A DNA stretch of 64,000 bases, taken from positions 352,001 through 416,000 of the forward strand of contig CAWIYV010000014.1 in the NCBI GenBank assembly GCA_963840455.1. The letters run 5' to 3'. The notes beneath the pieces were generated by a model. The model was not told the DNA's origin. It saw only the letters and a program-made list of their open reading frames with translations, and did no database searches. The DNA is from Nitrospirota bacterium. GTDB lineage: Bacteria; Nitrospirota; UBA9217. The position numbers and the translations under genes are program-made. Positions 43,484-54,904 of the stretch are shown here, piece by piece (position 1 is the stretch's first letter; every line of letters starts with the position of its first letter).

Positions 43484-43601
43484 ACGGTAGACGGTAAACA
43501 AGAGAAAAAAGCAGACGGTAAACGGTAGCGGCAAACAGGAGACAGGAAACTGCAAGCATCAAAGCCTTTCCCGTATACCGTATGCTGTATACCGTCTACC
43601 G
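43472..43601. repeat. 7-nt-period inverted element
   Basis: AGTAGAC AGTAGAC GGTAGAC GGTAAAC ... GTATACC GTATGCT GTATACC GTCTACC. Confidence 0.75.
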
Positions 43602-43616
43602 CTCTTCGGAGGTTCC

Positions 43617-45308
<1,692 letters not shown>

Positions 45309-45311
45309 CGG

Positions 45312-45396
45312 CAGTTCAAAGCGCACAGTTCAAAGTTCATGGTGTGCATGCACAGTCTGTTTTTTCTCTGAACGACGAACTCAGAACTCTGAACTG
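45312..45396. repeat. 7-nt-period inverted element
   Basis: CAGTTCA AAGCGCA CAGTTCA AAGTTCA ... TGAACGA CGAACTC AGAACTC TGAACTG. Confidence 0.75.
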
Positions 45397-45404
45397 GAGG
45401 TATC

Positions 45405-45644
45405 ATGGACCAGGACATCGAGAAGATCAAAGCGGTCATTGCGGAGAAGAGCAAGCGGTACCAGTCAAAGATGGGCGAAGTGACCTTCGCCGGCATCGAG
45501 GGCGGTACCGTGAAGATCGCTCCGTCGGGCTTCTGCTGGCGTTGACACGTCACCCGGATAGCCCTGGTCGAGGGCTTGCAAAAGGAGCTGAGCGCGGCGT
45601 TCCCCTGGGTCAAAAGGGTCATTGTGGTCAGGCCGGAGCCGTGA
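45405..45644 (+). CDS. Putative selenoprotein, NifU/Nfu C-terminal-like, 79 aa with CxxU
   Basis: GGAGG RBS and ATG 45405. In-frame TGA 45543-45545 in GFCWR-U, followed by 32 more codons (HVTRIALVEGLQKELSAAFPWVKRVIVVRPEP). GCCCT-GGTCG-AGGGC hairpin downstream of the UGA. Confidence 0.75.
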
Positions 45645-45909
45645 ATCCAAGAGCGAGTGCGCCCCCCGCGGCTTATCGCGGGGTTAGCGAACGAATAGAA
45701 TAACGATAGTTCCTTGAGGATCGAAGCTCCATGCCTCTTGCAATAGGGAGCTTGAATCCAGGAGCGAGCGTAATCCCCGCAGTTTGCTGTCGGGTTAGCA
45801 AGCGATTAGGATAAATATATATCCTGCGGATCGAAGATTCCCTGCAGCGGGGCTGCAGGGAGCTTCAATCCAGGAGCGAGCGCATTCACTGCAGCTTGCC
45901 GCAGAGAGG
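45642..45909 (+). mobile_element. Family A tandem array (~2.4 units, starts 45643, 45754, 45866)
   Basis: Repeated AATCCAGGAGCGAGCG...GGGAGCTT units. Confidence 0.88.
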
Positions 45910-45929
45910 TGCAATTGCACAAAAAAAGC

Positions 45930-45958
45930 TTGAATTCCCGTGGTGAAGTGCCTATAAT
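45930..45958 (+). promoter_or_regulatory. Sigma-70-type promoter
   Basis: TTGAAT-17-TATAAT upstream of GGAGG and ATG 45982. Confidence 0.65.
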
Positions 45959-45981
45959 TTACTCCATTGGAGGCTCACACC

Positions 45982-46212
45982 ATGGCCGATGATGCTTTAA
46001 GACTGAAGCTCACCCCCCAGCAGAGTGCAGAGATCAAGAAGCAGATCGGTTTCGAGCTTACTGAGATCTATCTCACCAAGCGTGCCTTGAACAAGCTCAG
46101 GGTGTTCCGGCTCCGCCTCAGCGAGGACCAGCAACAGAGCATCGCCGATGCCTGGGGGCAGAAGGTGAAGGAACTGACGGTTACGCGGTCGGTGGCAACG
46201 CGGATCATGTAG
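45982..46212 (+). CDS. Small hypothetical protein with an internal duplication
   Basis: Own promoter and RBS. LRLKLTPQQSAEIKKQIGFELTEI aligns with FRLRLSEDQQQSIADAWGQKVKEL. Confidence 0.75.
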   Translation: MADDALRLKLTPQQSAEIKKQIGFELTEIYLTKRALNKLRVFRLRLSEDQQQSIADAWGQKVKELTVTRSVATRIM

Positions 46213-46306
46213 TTAGTACCGGTCCCGTCCGGTGCCCGCATGGCCCCTTCAGATACTATTTATCCTGTTCATTCTGACGACATACCATGAAAGGAGGTGA
46301 CCTTCC

Positions 46307-46504
46307 TTGAGAAAACTGTTCGCAGTACTGCTTTCATTGCTTATCGTAGCGGCATTCGTTCTTATCGGCTGCGAGAAGAAGCCCGCACCCCCGAAACCTG
46401 CCCCGGCCCCGGTGGTAACGCCGCCGCCCGCACCGGCTCCCGCACCGGCGCCAGCTCCGGCACCGACGCCAGCTCCGGCACCTGCGAAGCCCGCGAAGAA
46501 GTAA
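46307..46504 (+). CDS. Small Pro/Ala-rich lipoprotein
   Basis: AAGGAGGTG RBS, TTG start, lipobox LIGC, (PA)n tail and a terminator downstream. Confidence 0.75.
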   Translation: MRKLFAVLLSLLIVAAFVLIGCEKKPAPPKPAPAPVVTPPPAPAPAPAPAPAPTPAPAPAKPAKK

Positions 46505-46538
46505 TAGCCTGCGGGAACGATCAGCTTGAGATCCTATC

Positions 46539-46566
46539 AAGGCCCCCGTCTGGGGGCCTTTTCTTT
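46539..46566 (+). terminator. Rho-independent terminator
   Basis: AAGGCCCCC-GTCT-GGGGGCCTT followed by TTCTTT. Confidence 0.75.
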
Positions 46567-46756
46567 GGCGAGAGCAAGGGCTGACCGCGCACCGGATGCA
46601 AAGGGCGCCTTGGATTCAACATCATTTGCCGCCGAGAACTTGGCCGCAGACCACAGGCAGGTTCACCGGGAGAGGCCATGATCAGGAGCATGCTCGGCTT
46701 TCCTCTGTGTCCTCGGGGGTGAACAATAGGTTCTTCTCTTTCTTCATACATCATTT

Positions 46757-48550
46757 ATGAACAGACTCACCACAGAGATGCTTTCCGATATCCTGCTCAG
46801 GGCGGGGAAGATCGGGCCCGAGCAGGCAAAAGAGATCAAGTTGAAGCAGGACGTCCAGCGGATGAAGATCCTGAAGGCCCGGGGCGACCATCTCCGGGGC
46901 AGGGTGCATCTCGAGGACGAGGTGTCCGCCATCGAGGTCGCCGTGAGCCTTGAGCTGGAGCTGCCCGGAGAGCCCGGCAAGAAGCTCACCGAGGACATGA
47001 TCACCGAGGCCGTTGCCCGGCATGCCGGCATGCCGTTCAAGAAGATCGATCCTCTGATGCTCAATCCCGAGATCGTCACCCAGATTCTTCCCCGGGCCTT
47101 TGCCCGAAAGAACAGCGCCGTGCCGATCGAGCGGGCCGAGGACAAGCTCATTGTCGCCGTCTCGGACCCTTACAACCTCGAGGTCGTGGAGAACATCGAG
47201 CGGATGGGGTATAAGGTCGCCCGCGTGCTGTCGCCCAAGACGGACATCCTGAAGATCATCACCGAGTTCTACGGGTTCCGGTCCTCGGTGAGCGCTGCGG
47301 CCAAGGAGATGGGCTCGGAGGTGGACCTGGGGAACCTCGAGCAGTTCGTGAAGATGAAGGCCGTGAGCGAGATCGAGGCCACGGACAAGCACATCGTGAA
47401 CGCCGTGGAGTTCCTGTTCCGCTATGCCTTCGACCAGCGGGCCAGCGACATCCACATCGAGCCCAAGCGCGACCATTCCGAGGTCCGGTTCAGGATCGAC
47501 GGCATGCTCCACACGATCCATAAGGTCCCGAAGCAGGTGCACCCGGCGTTCGTCTCGCGCGTCAAGATGCTTTCCCGCATGGACATCGCCGAGAAGCGCC
47601 GGCCCCAGGACGGCCGCATCAAGACCGAATACAAGGGCCGCGAGGTCGAGTTCCGCGTGTCCACCATGCCCGTGGCCTTCGGCGAGAAGGTGGTCCTCAG
47701 GATCTTCGACCCCGACATCATCCTGCAGGACCTGGAAGAACTGGGATTCTCGCCGCGGGAATACGAGCTGTTCCGTTCCTTCATCACGCGGCCCCACGGC
47801 ATCATCCTCGTCACCGGCCCAACGGGGAGCGGCAAGACCACAACGCTCTATTCGGCCCTCAAGACCATTTCCACTCCTGAAGTGAACGTGATCACCGTCG
47901 AGGATCCCATTGAAATGGTCTATGACCGCTTCAACCAGGTAGGCGTCCAGCCGCAGATCGGCGTCACCTTCGGCACGACGCTGCGGACCATCCTGCGTCA
48001 GGACCCGGACGTCATCATGGTGGGCGAGGTCCGCGATCTCGAGACCGCCGAGAATGCTGTTCAGGCTTCCCTGACCGGCCATCTGGTCTTCTCGACCCTG
48101 CACACCAACGATGCGCCCAGTTCCATCACCCGTCTCCTGGACCTGGGTCTGCCGGCATACCTCATCGCTTCCACGGTCGTGGGCATCATGGCCCAGAGGC
48201 TGCTGCGGAAAATCTGCAAACACTGCGAACGGTCGTACCAGCTGCTGCCCGAAGAGGCCGCTGCCGTGGGCCTCGCTTCGGACCTGAGCAAACCCATCAT
48301 GGTGAAGTACGGCGAGGGCTGCGCCCAGTGCCGGGGCACCGGCTACCTCGGCAGGACCGGCATCTTCGAGGTCATGGAAGTGAACGACAAGATCCGTCCG
48401 CTGGTCACCGAGAAGGCCGATGCCGAGTTCATCAAACGGACGGCCATTGCGGACGGTATGGTGCCCCTCCGCGAGGGAGCGGTCCGGAAGATGCTGAACG
48501 GCGAGACGACGTTCGATGAAGTGATCCGCGTGACGGGGGAGAAGATCTGA
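46757..48550 (+). CDS. GspE/PilB family secretion/pilus assembly ATPase
   Basis: ASDIHIEP, RPQDGRI, GPTGSGKTTT, LRQDPD, STLHTND and two CxxC motifs. Confidence 0.93.
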   Translation: MNRLTTEMLSDILLRAGKIGPEQAKEIKLKQDVQRMKILKARGDHLRGRVHLEDEVSAIEVAVSLELELPGEPGKKLTEDMITEAVARHAGMPFKKIDPLMLNPEIVTQILPRAFARKNSAVPIERAEDKLIVAVSDPYNLEVVENIERMGYKVARVLSPKTDILKIITEFYGFRSSVSAAAKEMGSEVDLGNLEQFVKMKAVSEIEATDKHIVNAVEFLFRYAFDQRASDIHIEPKRDHSEVRFRIDGMLHTIHKVPKQVHPAFVSRVKMLSRMDIAEKRRPQDGRIKTEYKGREVEFRVSTMPVAFGEKVVLRIFDPDIILQDLEELGFSPREYELFRSFITRPHGIILVTGPTGSGKTTTLYSALKTISTPEVNVITVEDPIEMVYDRFNQVGVQPQIGVTFGTTLRTILRQDPDVIMVGEVRDLETAENAVQASLTGHLVFSTLHTNDAPSSITRLLDLGLPAYLIASTVVGIMAQRLLRKICKHCERSYQLLPEEAAAVGLASDLSKPIMVKYGEGCAQCRGTGYLGRTGIFEVMEVNDKIRPLVTEKADAEFIKRTAIADGMVPLREGAVRKMLNGETTFDEVIRVTGEKI

Positions 48551-48650
48551 CAGAGTGAGGCCCGGGCACAGGAGCAAGGGTCCCGGTAAGCATTGAGCAG
48601 TTCTTGACCCCTGGCCATACAGCGTATTTACGGACAAGGGCATAAAGATT

Positions 48651-48741
48651 TTGCCACAGAGGTCTGCGAGGACACCGAGAAAAGATTACGAAAATTCAGT
48701 TGTAGCCGGCCCTTCTCGGTGCTCTCTGTGTTCTCTGGCGG
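48651..48741. repeat. Family B 9-mer inverted-repeat element (degenerate)
   Basis: GCCACAGAG..GACACCGAGA ... TCTCGGTGCTCTCTGTGTTCTCTGGCGG. Confidence 0.6.
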
Positions 48742-48779
48742 GGACAGATGGTATCAATACTATGCACTCCTTTATAACT

Positions 48780-50060
48780 ATGGATTCGTTCACCACATTT
48801 CTTTCCGAACACGTGTACCTTTTTGCCGGAGTGCTCGCCAGCATCCTGATGGCGGCCTTCTTCGCCGCATCCGAAACGGCCATGCTGTTCGCGAACAAGG
48901 CGCGTCTGCATCAGCTTGCCGATGCGGGGAACGCCCGGGCCGGAGCAGCGCTGAAGCTCGCCCTTGAGCGGGAACGTTTGCATAGCGCCCTCCTGCTGGT
49001 GGAGAACTTCTTCCTTGTCCTGGCGGTGGTCTTGAGCACGGTCATCGCGCTTGACCTGTTCGGCGGAACGCTTGCGGCGATTGTGGTGACGGCGGTCGTG
49101 ATGAGCATCGTGGTCGTCTTGTTCGCCAAGCTCGCGCCCAAGGGGCTCACCGCGCGCGATCCTGACAGCCTGGCACTCATTGTTGCCTATCCCATGCTGT
49201 TCGTCATGAAGATGGTCTCCCCCGTTTCCCGCATGGTCGCCGCCGCCGCGGATCTCTTCTCCGGTCCCGCCGCGACCCGGGGGCTTTCCTGCACCGCGGT
49301 GGTGACCGAGGAAGACATCAAGGCGATGATAAACCTCGGCGAGGAGGAGGGGGCCCTCAAAGAGGAGGAGAAGGAGCTCCTGCACAAGGTCTTTGAGTTC
49401 GGCGACACCCTGGCGTCGGAGGCCATGCGGCCGCGTACCGAGATCGTCAGCATCCCTGCCGCCGCGGCGATCAAGGACGTGCTCGCGCTGGTCTCTGAGT
49501 TCGGTTTTTCGCGCTACCCGGTCATCGAGCAGACCGTGGACACGGTCACCGGCATCCTGTATATCAAGGACATCCTGATCGCCATGTCCGCGGGCGACGT
49601 GAAACGCGAAGACCCGATCCAGCCGTTCGTCCGGCAGTCCTACTTCATCCCCGAGAACAAGAAGGTCAGCGAGCTTCTCGCCGAGATGCAGCGGGACAAG
49701 TTCCAGATCGCCATCGTCATCGACGAGTTCGGCGGCACGGCGGGCCTGGTGACGCTGGAGGACCTCATCGAGGAGATCGTTGGCAGCATCCACGACGAAC
49801 TGGAGTCCGTGGACAGGGACGTGGAGGTTGTTGACGAGAAAAATGTGATGGTGTCCGGCCAGTCGGAGATCGACGAAGTGAACGAACTCCTCGACACCCG
49901 CATCCAGACGACGGATTTCAACACCATAGGAGGGTTTGTCTTCGGGCTCTTCGGCAGGATGCCCAGGGCGGGCGAGCAGATCCGGTACAAGGACCTCAAG
50001 TTCGAGGTCCTGGAGCTCGACGGGAGGAAGATCGACAAGATCAAGATCACGAAATTATAA
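48780..50060 (+). CDS. HlyC/CorC (CNNM-CBS-CorC) family transporter
   Basis: FFAASETA, MRPRTE, SRYPV and DEFGGTAGLVTLEDLIEEIVG motifs. Start could be 48762. Confidence 0.9.
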   Translation: MDSFTTFLSEHVYLFAGVLASILMAAFFAASETAMLFANKARLHQLADAGNARAGAALKLALERERLHSALLLVENFFLVLAVVLSTVIALDLFGGTLAAIVVTAVVMSIVVVLFAKLAPKGLTARDPDSLALIVAYPMLFVMKMVSPVSRMVAAAADLFSGPAATRGLSCTAVVTEEDIKAMINLGEEEGALKEEEKELLHKVFEFGDTLASEAMRPRTEIVSIPAAAAIKDVLALVSEFGFSRYPVIEQTVDTVTGILYIKDILIAMSAGDVKREDPIQPFVRQSYFIPENKKVSELLAEMQRDKFQIAIVIDEFGGTAGLVTLEDLIEEIVGSIHDELESVDRDVEVVDEKNVMVSGQSEIDEVNELLDTRIQTTDFNTIGGFVFGLFGRMPRAGEQIRYKDLKFEVLELDGRKIDKIKITKL

Positions 50061-50240
50061 AAGAGCACCATGACGGGGGGGAATATCAAAAGGATATTTG
50101 ACACTGATGACACTGAGAAAGTCTATGAAACATCCAGCCCTTCCTTTTCATAGCCTTGTCTGTATCCTCAGTGTCTGAATGGTTATTTCCAATCTCTGTG
50201 TCCCTGTGGTGGACGTTGATATTTTTTTGGGAGGTGTATC

Positions 50241-51164
50241 GTGCGGAAGAAAGTAACGGTTATCGGAGCAGGCAATGTGGGCGCGACGCTCGCGCAGCGG
50301 ATCGCGGAGACGGACCTCGCTGACGTGGTGCTGGTGGACGTGGCGGAGGGTGTGCCGCAGGGCAAGGCGCTGGACCTTGCGGAGTCCGGCCCCATCCTGG
50401 GGTATGACTCGCGGCTGACCGGGACGAACGGCTACGATGATACGGCGGGATCGGATGTGATCATCATCACGGCCGGGCTGGCGCGGAAGCCGGGCATGAG
50501 CCGGGATGACCTGCTGGCGGCGAATGGCGACATCGTGAAGGCCTGCGCAACGGAGTCCGGCAAGCGGTCACCCAAGGCGGTCATGATCGTGGTGACGAAC
50601 CCCATGGATGTGATGGCCTTCGTGGCAATGAAGGCGACGGGATTTCCCCGCGAGCGCGTCTTCGGCATGGGCGGCGTGCTCGACTCGGCCCGATTCCGGA
50701 CGTTCATCGCCATGGAACTGAAGGTGTCGGTCGAGAACACCCACGCATTCGTGCTCGGCGGGCACGGGGACACCATGGTCCCGCTGCCGCGCTTCTCGAC
50801 CGTGGCGGGCATCCCGATCACGGAGCTCCTGAGCACCGACCGGATCAACAAACTGGTCGAGCGGACGCGGAACGGCGGGGCCGAGATCGTATCATTGCTC
50901 AAGACCGGGAGTGCGTACTATGCGCCGTCCGCGGCGGCGCTCGAGATGGTGGAAGCTATCCTTCTGGACAAGAAGAAGATCCTCCCCTGCTCGGCGCTCC
51001 TGGAGGGCGAGTACGGCGTGAAGAGCGTGTTCGCCGGAATTCCGGTGAAGCTCGGCGCCAAGGGCATCGAGCAGTTCGTCGAGGTAAAGCTCAATGCAGA
51101 GGAGAAGGCCGGGTTCATGAGGTCCGTGGAGGCGGTGAGGTCGGGATGCGCGAAATTCATGTAG
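50241..51164 (+). CDS. mdh: Malate dehydrogenase (LDH-like)
   Basis: [21 protein letters not shown] and GSAYYAP motifs. Confidence 0.95.
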   Translation: MRKKVTVIGAGNVGATLAQRIAETDLADVVLVDVAEGVPQGKALDLAESGPILGYDSRLTGTNGYDDTAGSDVIIITAGLARKPGMSRDDLLAANGDIVKACATESGKRSPKAVMIVVTNPMDVMAFVAMKATGFPRERVFGMGGVLDSARFRTFIAMELKVSVENTHAFVLGGHGDTMVPLPRFSTVAGIPITELLSTDRINKLVERTRNGGAEIVSLLKTGSAYYAPSAAALEMVEAILLDKKKILPCSALLEGEYGVKSVFAGIPVKLGAKGIEQFVEVKLNAEEKAGFMRSVEAVRSGCAKFM

Positions 51165-51985
51165 ACGAGATCCGGGACAATGTGGCGCAGATCTGCATCG
51201 AGGCCGCCTACGACCTGAGCGAGGACGTCTGCACGGCCTTCGACCGGGCGCAGGAGACCGAGACCGCGCCTGCGGCCAAAGCGGTCATCGGCCTCCTGAA
51301 AGAGAACGCCCGCATCGCCCGGGAGGACCGCATCCCCATCTGTCAGGACACGGGCATCGCCGTGTTCTTCGTCGAGATTGGACAGGACCTGCGGATCAAG
51401 AATGGGTTCCTGACCGACGCCATCAATGAAGGGGTGCGGAAAGGCTACAAGGAGGGCTACCTCCGGAAGTCCGTGGTCGACCCCCTGACGCGGAAGAACA
51501 CCGGCGACAATACCCCGGCAATCATCTACACCGAGGTTGTGCCGGGCGACAAGCTCAGGATCTCCTTCATGCCCAAGGGCGCGGGGAGCGAGAACATGAG
51601 CGCCATCAGGATGCTCCGCCCCACCGAAGGGATCGAGGGCATCAAAGATTTCGTTCTGGAATGCGTTAGGAAGGCAGGGGCCAATCCCTGTCCGCCGATC
51701 GTTGTCGGCGTCGGCATCGGCGGCACGTTCGAGAAGGCTGCGGTGATGGCGAAAAAGTCGCTCCTTCGCCATATCGGCAGCCCCAATCCGAAGCTCGAAC
51801 TCGCGGCGCTCGAAGAGGATCTGCTCAAGGCGGTGAACCGGATGGGCATCGGGCCCGAGGGGTTGGGCGGCGAGGTGACTGCCATGGCCGTGCACGTGGA
51901 GAGCCATCCGTGCCATATCGCGAGCCTGCCCGTGGCGGTGAACATCAACTGCCACGCAGCACGGCACAAGACGATCATTCTGTAA
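51146..51985 (+). CDS. Fe-S fumarate hydratase class I, alpha subunit
   Basis: CQDTG, KGAGSEN, NPCPP and CHAARH motifs. Confidence 0.92.
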   Translation: MREIHVDEIRDNVAQICIEAAYDLSEDVCTAFDRAQETETAPAAKAVIGLLKENARIAREDRIPICQDTGIAVFFVEIGQDLRIKNGFLTDAINEGVRKGYKEGYLRKSVVDPLTRKNTGDNTPAIIYTEVVPGDKLRISFMPKGAGSENMSAIRMLRPTEGIEGIKDFVLECVRKAGANPCPPIVVGVGIGGTFEKAAVMAKKSLLRHIGSPNPKLELAALEEDLLKAVNRMGIGPEGLGGEVTAMAVHVESHPCHIASLPVAVNINCHAARHKTIIL

Positions 51986-51989
51986 AGAA

Positions 51990-52141
51990 ACCACGGATGA
52001 CCAAAAGTAGGCGCCTCTAGGCGACACGGCCAGAACCTTTTCACCACAGAGGACGCAGAGAACGCTGAGGAAGATTCAATGTCTTTTTAATAATTCAAGC
52101 TCAAATCTTTTCTCTGCGCGCTCCGCGATCTCTGCGGTAAA
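51990..52141. repeat. Family B elements with the 24-bp micro-insert
   Basis: CCACGGATGA[insert]CACGG, then ACCACAGAGGACGCAGAGAACGCTGAG ... CTCTGCGCGCTCCGCGATCTCTGCGGT. Confidence 0.8.
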
Positions 52142-52154
52142 TACATGGTGATTC

Positions 52155-52721
52155 ATGACTGAACCTATCAAAATAACTCCTCCCCTGACCGACGAGGTCA
52201 TCACAAAGCTCAAGGCAGGCGACCGGGTACTGATCACCGGTGTTATCTACACGGGCAGGGACATGGCGCACAAGGCCATGGTCGAGGGCCACAGGAAGGG
52301 GCAGCCGTTCCCCTTCGATCTTGCGGGACAAGTACTGTACTATACCGGTCCTACTCCGGCGCCGCCGGGACGGCCCATTGGTGCGGCGGGCCCGACCACG
52401 AGCTACCGCATGGACAAGTATGCGCCGTACTTACTTGAGCACGGGCTCAAAGGCATGATCGGAAAAGGACCGCGCGGAACCGAGGTCAAGGACTCCATCA
52501 GGAAGAATACGGCCGTCTATTTTGCCGCCATCGGCGGTGCAGGCGCGCTCATCTCAAAGGCCATCAAGAAGGCCGAGGTCATCGCGTACCCTGAGCTCGG
52601 CACCGAGGCGGTCATGCGGCTCGAGGTGGAGGACTTCCCCGCCTTTGTGGTGAACGATGTCCACGGCGGAGACCTTTACGAGATGGGAGTCAGGGAGTAC
52701 GGCGAAGTAAAAGAGAAATAA
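52155..52721 (+). CDS. Fe-S fumarate hydratase class I, beta subunit
   Basis: TGRDMAH, GPTTSYRM and MIGKG motifs. Confidence 0.92.
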   Translation: MTEPIKITPPLTDEVITKLKAGDRVLITGVIYTGRDMAHKAMVEGHRKGQPFPFDLAGQVLYYTGPTPAPPGRPIGAAGPTTSYRMDKYAPYLLEHGLKGMIGKGPRGTEVKDSIRKNTAVYFAAIGGAGALISKAIKKAEVIAYPELGTEAVMRLEVEDFPAFVVNDVHGGDLYEMGVREYGEVKEK

Positions 52722-52732
52722 GAAAAAAGTGA

Positions 52733-52866
52733 TTTTACCGCAGAGGACGCAGAGGAAAAAACGACCGAACACGAATGTCACGAATAAACGAATAGCACGA
52801 ATGAATGCAGGACCTTGATTTAGATCTATTCGTGTCATTAGTCCCATTCGTGTCATTCGTGATAAA
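52733..52866. repeat. Family B arm plus ACGAAT-type inverted repeat
   Basis: ACCGCAGAGGACGCAGAG; CACGAATGTCACGAATAAACGAATAGCACGAAT ... ATTCGTGTCATTAGTCCCATTCGTGTCATTCGTG. Confidence 0.75.
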
Positions 52867-52895
52867 GCTTTTGATCATGCTTCAGGAGGATTTAG

Positions 52896-53429
52896 ATGAC
52901 GATCAAGTCAAAGATCAGGACCGTGCCAAACTACCCCAAGAAAGGCATCATGTTCCGCGACATCACCACGCTCATCAAGGACCCCGTGGGGTTCCGGCTG
53001 GTGATCGACACGATCACGCAGCGGTACATCCATGAGAACTACAACTTCAACGTCATCGTGGGTATCGAATCGCGCGGGTTCATCATCGGCGGCGCGCTGG
53101 CCTACACGCTCGGCAAGGGATTCGTGCCCATCCGAAAGAAGGGCAAGCTGCCGGCCGAGGTGGTCTCGCAGGAGTACCAGCTCGAGTACGGCACGGACAG
53201 GATTGAGGTCCACAAGGACGCCATCAAGAAGGGCGACCGGGTGCTGCTGATCGACGACCTGCTTGCCACAGGCGGCACGGCGCTTGCTGCCGCGGCCCTC
53301 ATCGAGAAGCTTGGCGGTACGATCGTGGAGATGGCCTTCATCGTGGATCTGCCGGACGTGGGCGGGAAGAAGAAGCTCAAGGAGAAGGGTTATAAGGTCT
53401 ACGCGTTGACGGAGTTCGAAGGGGATTAA
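52896..53429 (+). CDS. apt: Adenine phosphoribosyltransferase
   Basis: FRDITT, ESRGF, RKKGKLP and DDLLATGGT motifs. Confidence 0.96.
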   Translation: MTIKSKIRTVPNYPKKGIMFRDITTLIKDPVGFRLVIDTITQRYIHENYNFNVIVGIESRGFIIGGALAYTLGKGFVPIRKKGKLPAEVVSQEYQLEYGTDRIEVHKDAIKKGDRVLLIDDLLATGGTALAAAALIEKLGGTIVEMAFIVDLPDVGGKKKLKEKGYKVYALTEFEGD

Positions 53430-53456
53430 GACCATCCCGGACAAGGACGGAACGGG

Positions 53457-53490
53457 AAAGGCCCTGCTCGGTATTTGCAGGGCCTTTTTT
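53457..53490. terminator. Rho-independent terminator between convergent genes
   Basis: AAAGGCCCTGC...GCAGGGCCTTTTTT. Confidence 0.8.
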
Positions 53491-53519
53491 ATTGCATGGT
53501 CATTAATAGAGCAGCGGGG

Positions 53520-54803
53520 TCAGTGCACCGAGCAGGAGATGCACGGGTCGTAGGACCGGACGAGCATCTGGGCGAGGAGCTCGATGTCCCGGTCCTTCTT
53601 TCCTTCTTTTGCATACTGCTCCGCCAGCGCGGTCAGGTCATGCTGGATGTTGGCGTGGTTCTGGCTCGTAGGGATCACGCAGTCGCTCTTAACGATCCTG
53701 CCTTCCCTGTCGAACTCGTAGCAGTGGTAGAGGATCCCGCGCGGTACTTCCACGGCACCCACGCCGACACCTTCCTTCGGCACCACCTTCTGCCGTGGCT
53801 CCTTCCAGTCCGAATCGATCATCCCGTTGATCAGGTCGATCGACTCCATGACCACATGCACGCATTCCACGAGCTGGGCGATGTTGTTCATGAAGGGATT
53901 GTGGTTCACCGGTCTGAGCCCGAAGCCTTGCGAGATCTCTTTGGCTGCCGGGTGGAGGAACTCGAAGTTGTTGTTCAGCCGGGCGAGGGCGCCGACTGCC
54001 AGGGACGCGCGCGAGAGCTTGCTCCATTTGGAGGTCGACGTGGAGACCATATATTCGTTCGTCATTAGCCGGTACTCGTGCTCTTTCTTCACCACGCCGT
54101 CGGTCGAGACGAGGTCGCCGCCGATGAAGGGATAATCGCTCTTGCCCTTGAGCGACACGAACTCGGTTTCGCGGCTGAAGTCCGGCAGGCTGAACTGGTG
54201 GAAGAGCTCGGCGGTCCGGGTGAGATCATCCACGATGTCCTGGAGCCGGTACTTGAACGTGCGGAGCTCTTCCTTCTTCGGCAGCATGGTGAACCCGCCC
54301 ACGATTGTCCGGGTCGGGTGCATGCGCCTGCCGCCGACGCAATCGCAGAGGTCGTTCGCCAGGAGCTTGATCTTGGCTGCGCGCTTCACCACGTCGGGGT
54401 GGGAGTTGATGAGCGGGAACACGCTGCCCACGTTCACGAAATCCGGGGCCGCAAGGAAGTAGAGATGGAGGATGTGGCTCTGGAGCGTCTCCATGTGCTT
54501 GAGCAGGATGCGAAGCTTCTTCGTCTGGTCCGTCGGCACGATGCCGAAGGCGTTCTCAACCGCCCGGATGCTGGCGAGCGTGTGCCCGATGGAGCAGATA
54601 CCGCAGATCCTGCCGCAGATCCAGGGCGCGTTCTCCCACTTCTTGTTGACCAGCATGGCCTCGAAGAAGCGCGGCGTCTCGACGACCTCCCAGGCCGCTT
54701 CCTCGACCTTCCCGTCCTTGATGGCGATCCTGATGTTGCCGTGGCCTTCGACCCGGGTGAGATGGTGTATGTCGATGGACTGGGAAATTTTCATATGAGT
54801 CAA
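53520..54803 (-). CDS. Group 3b-type [NiFe] hydrogenase large (alpha) subunit
   Basis: RVEGHG, RICGIC..H, EVPRG and DPCISCSVH. Confidence 0.93.
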   Translation of the reverse strand: MTHMKISQSIDIHHLTRVEGHGNIRIAIKDGKVEEAAWEVVETPRFFEAMLVNKKWENAPWICGRICGICSIGHTLASIRAVENAFGIVPTDQTKKLRILLKHMETLQSHILHLYFLAAPDFVNVGSVFPLINSHPDVVKRAAKIKLLANDLCDCVGGRRMHPTRTIVGGFTMLPKKEELRTFKYRLQDIVDDLTRTAELFHQFSLPDFSRETEFVSLKGKSDYPFIGGDLVSTDGVVKKEHEYRLMTNEYMVSTSTSKWSKLSRASLAVGALARLNNNFEFLHPAAKEISQGFGLRPVNHNPFMNNIAQLVECVHVVMESIDLINGMIDSDWKEPRQKVVPKEGVGVGAVEVPRGILYHCYEFDREGRIVKSDCVIPTSQNHANIQHDLTALAEQYAKEGKKDRDIELLAQMLVRSYDPCISCSVH

Positions 54804-54808
54804 TAGTA

Positions 54809-54891
54809 TTTGCCACAGGGCACACAGAGTTCACCGACGAGAGAAGGATCGCGAGCTTTTCACTGTGCTCTCGGTGACCTTGGTGGCAAAA
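54809..54891. repeat. Family B 9-mer inverted-repeat element
   Basis: TTGCCACAGGGCACACAGAGTTCACCGA ... CTGTGCTCTCGGTGACCTTGGTGGCAA. Confidence 0.65.
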
Positions 54892-54904
54892 ATCCCTTCT
54901 GTAG

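Noticed and set aside
46757-48550. GspE/PilB gene as part of a secretion or conjugation island
   Set aside because: No other T2SS/T4P genes adjacent; orphan paralogues are common.
51146-51164. 19-nt mdh/fumarase overlap as unusual
   Set aside because: Ordinary translational coupling.
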